DNA of 63,883 nt, filler included, from Aduncisulcus paluster (lineage: Eukaryota): the NCBI GenBank assembly GCA_024181965.1. It is 11 parts of 11 records of this genome, joined end to end, with 100 filler letters (N's around TTAATTAATTAA, not from the genome) between each part and the next. Parts side by side here need not be neighbours in the genome. Positions count along the whole stretch, not along the records: positions 62,802 to 63,883 come from BQXS01012289.1; 10 more parts are not named here. One strand, written 5' to 3'. How positions within the stretch are numbered: the stretch's first letter is position 1; each line of letters opens with the position of its first letter. Below the pieces are notes generated by a model. It was not told the DNA's origin. It searched no databases and was given only the letters and a program-made list of their open reading frames with translations. This document shows positions 63,098-63,883 of the stretch, one piece after another. The position numbers were made by a program, and so were the translations under genes.

Positions 63098-63333
63098 GCG
63101 CGACACCCCGCTCAGCATAAATTCAAGCACTTGCAAAATTATGAATTCAGCCCTGTTCTATACCATAAATAAAATACTCGACTCGTAAATATTTATATAA
63201 GCCGGATATAATATAGACAAGGCCGCAAATGATATTTTGCAAGCCGCTTAACTGTGAACATCACTTCTATTCTTCTATATTTTAACATTTAATACAGGAA
63301 AGATATCACTAAAATTAAGAGAGTACAATATAT

Positions 63334-63380
63334 AAAAATCCCCCATATAAAAGGTTATCTACTTCTAATATGGGGGGAAT
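63334..63380 (-). terminator. Putative intrinsic terminator downstream of deoD
   Basis: Inverted repeat CCCCCATAT (63340-63348) / ATATGGGGG (63368-63376), followed by TTTTTA on the minus strand. The 19-nt loop is long. Confidence 0.45.
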
Positions 63381-63551
63381 TTCAAACATCCTATTAAATT
63401 ATTCCATTTTGTATAATACTTTATTGAATCTGAGCGATCTGTAAAATAGTGTTTGACAGCTTTTGCTATACCATTATAGATATTCACGAACCAAGAAATC
63501 TATATAGGCTATAGCAAAGGTCAGAGATTGTAATATTGCAAGCGACTGAAT

Positions 63552-63883
63552 CTATAAGGCGTTGAAAAGATCAAGGCTTAGCTCCATCATATCCGTAAAG
63601 CCTGTTTCTCTTTCTTGGGCTGTCGTTTCTTGCTGTGACAATATATGATCACTTACGGACAGGATAGAAAGTACGTTGACATCAAATTTCCTTCCCACTG
63701 CGTATAACATGGCAGTTTCCATATCCACGCCTAGAACACCTGTGTCTTTCCATTTCATAAGAACTTCTAAATCATCTCTGTAAAATATGTCAGTTGTAAA
63801 AATATCACCATATATTACAGGGGCATTCAGCTTGTCCAGGGCCCTCAACATGTCCCATGATGGTGTAAGAGATATATTTCCAT
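63552..63883 (-). CDS. deoD: Bacterial purine nucleoside phosphorylase (DeoD type), 5' truncated by the window edge
   Basis: G.IFTTDIFY, GVLGVDMETA.LY, LSILSVSDHI and ETTAQERETGFTDMMEL match hexameric PNP. Confidence 0.92.
   Translation of the reverse strand, partial: GNISLTPSWDMLRALDKLNAPVIYGDIFTTDIFYRDDLEVLMKWKDTGVLGVDMETAMLYAVGRKFDVNVLSILSVSDHILSQQETTAQERETGFTDMMELSLDLFNAL

Overview
This window is not one locus. It is 11 unrelated contigs or scaffolds joined by artificial linkers (N44-TTAATTAATTAA-N44, at 1367, 2918, 4799, 6364, 15154, 24575, 49412, 53229, 60370 and 62702). Eleven internal N20 gaps are often flanked by duplicated near-identical sequence. Most contigs come from a gene-dense, intron-poor microbial eukaryote with short 5'-proximal GTATGT..AG introns. 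The style recalls free-living fornicate metamonads such as Aduncisulcus, but this is an inference. Recognisable genes are an AMMECR1-family protein, a PIP5K, SF3A3/Prp9, a NEK kinase, MLH1, MO25/CAB39 and a WDR55-like WD40 protein. There are also LRR/EGF surface proteins and several coiled-coil proteins. The most striking biology is a greatly expanded ~170-aa beta-rich repeat domain, probably a PITH/DOC-like jelly-roll. About 17 copies occur in 6 genes, fused to a kinase, to a giant ARM-like scaffold, or standing alone. Other notable items are a ~1.05-kb non-autonomous element with imperfect terminal inverted repeats (TIRs) and a 9-bp target-site duplication, an MLH1 whose FERC terminus reads FGRI, and recurring odd-centred intergenic palindromes. 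The last contig is bacterial (deoD plus a solute-binding protein). Contig 2 looks organellar and ends in a group II intron-like motif.
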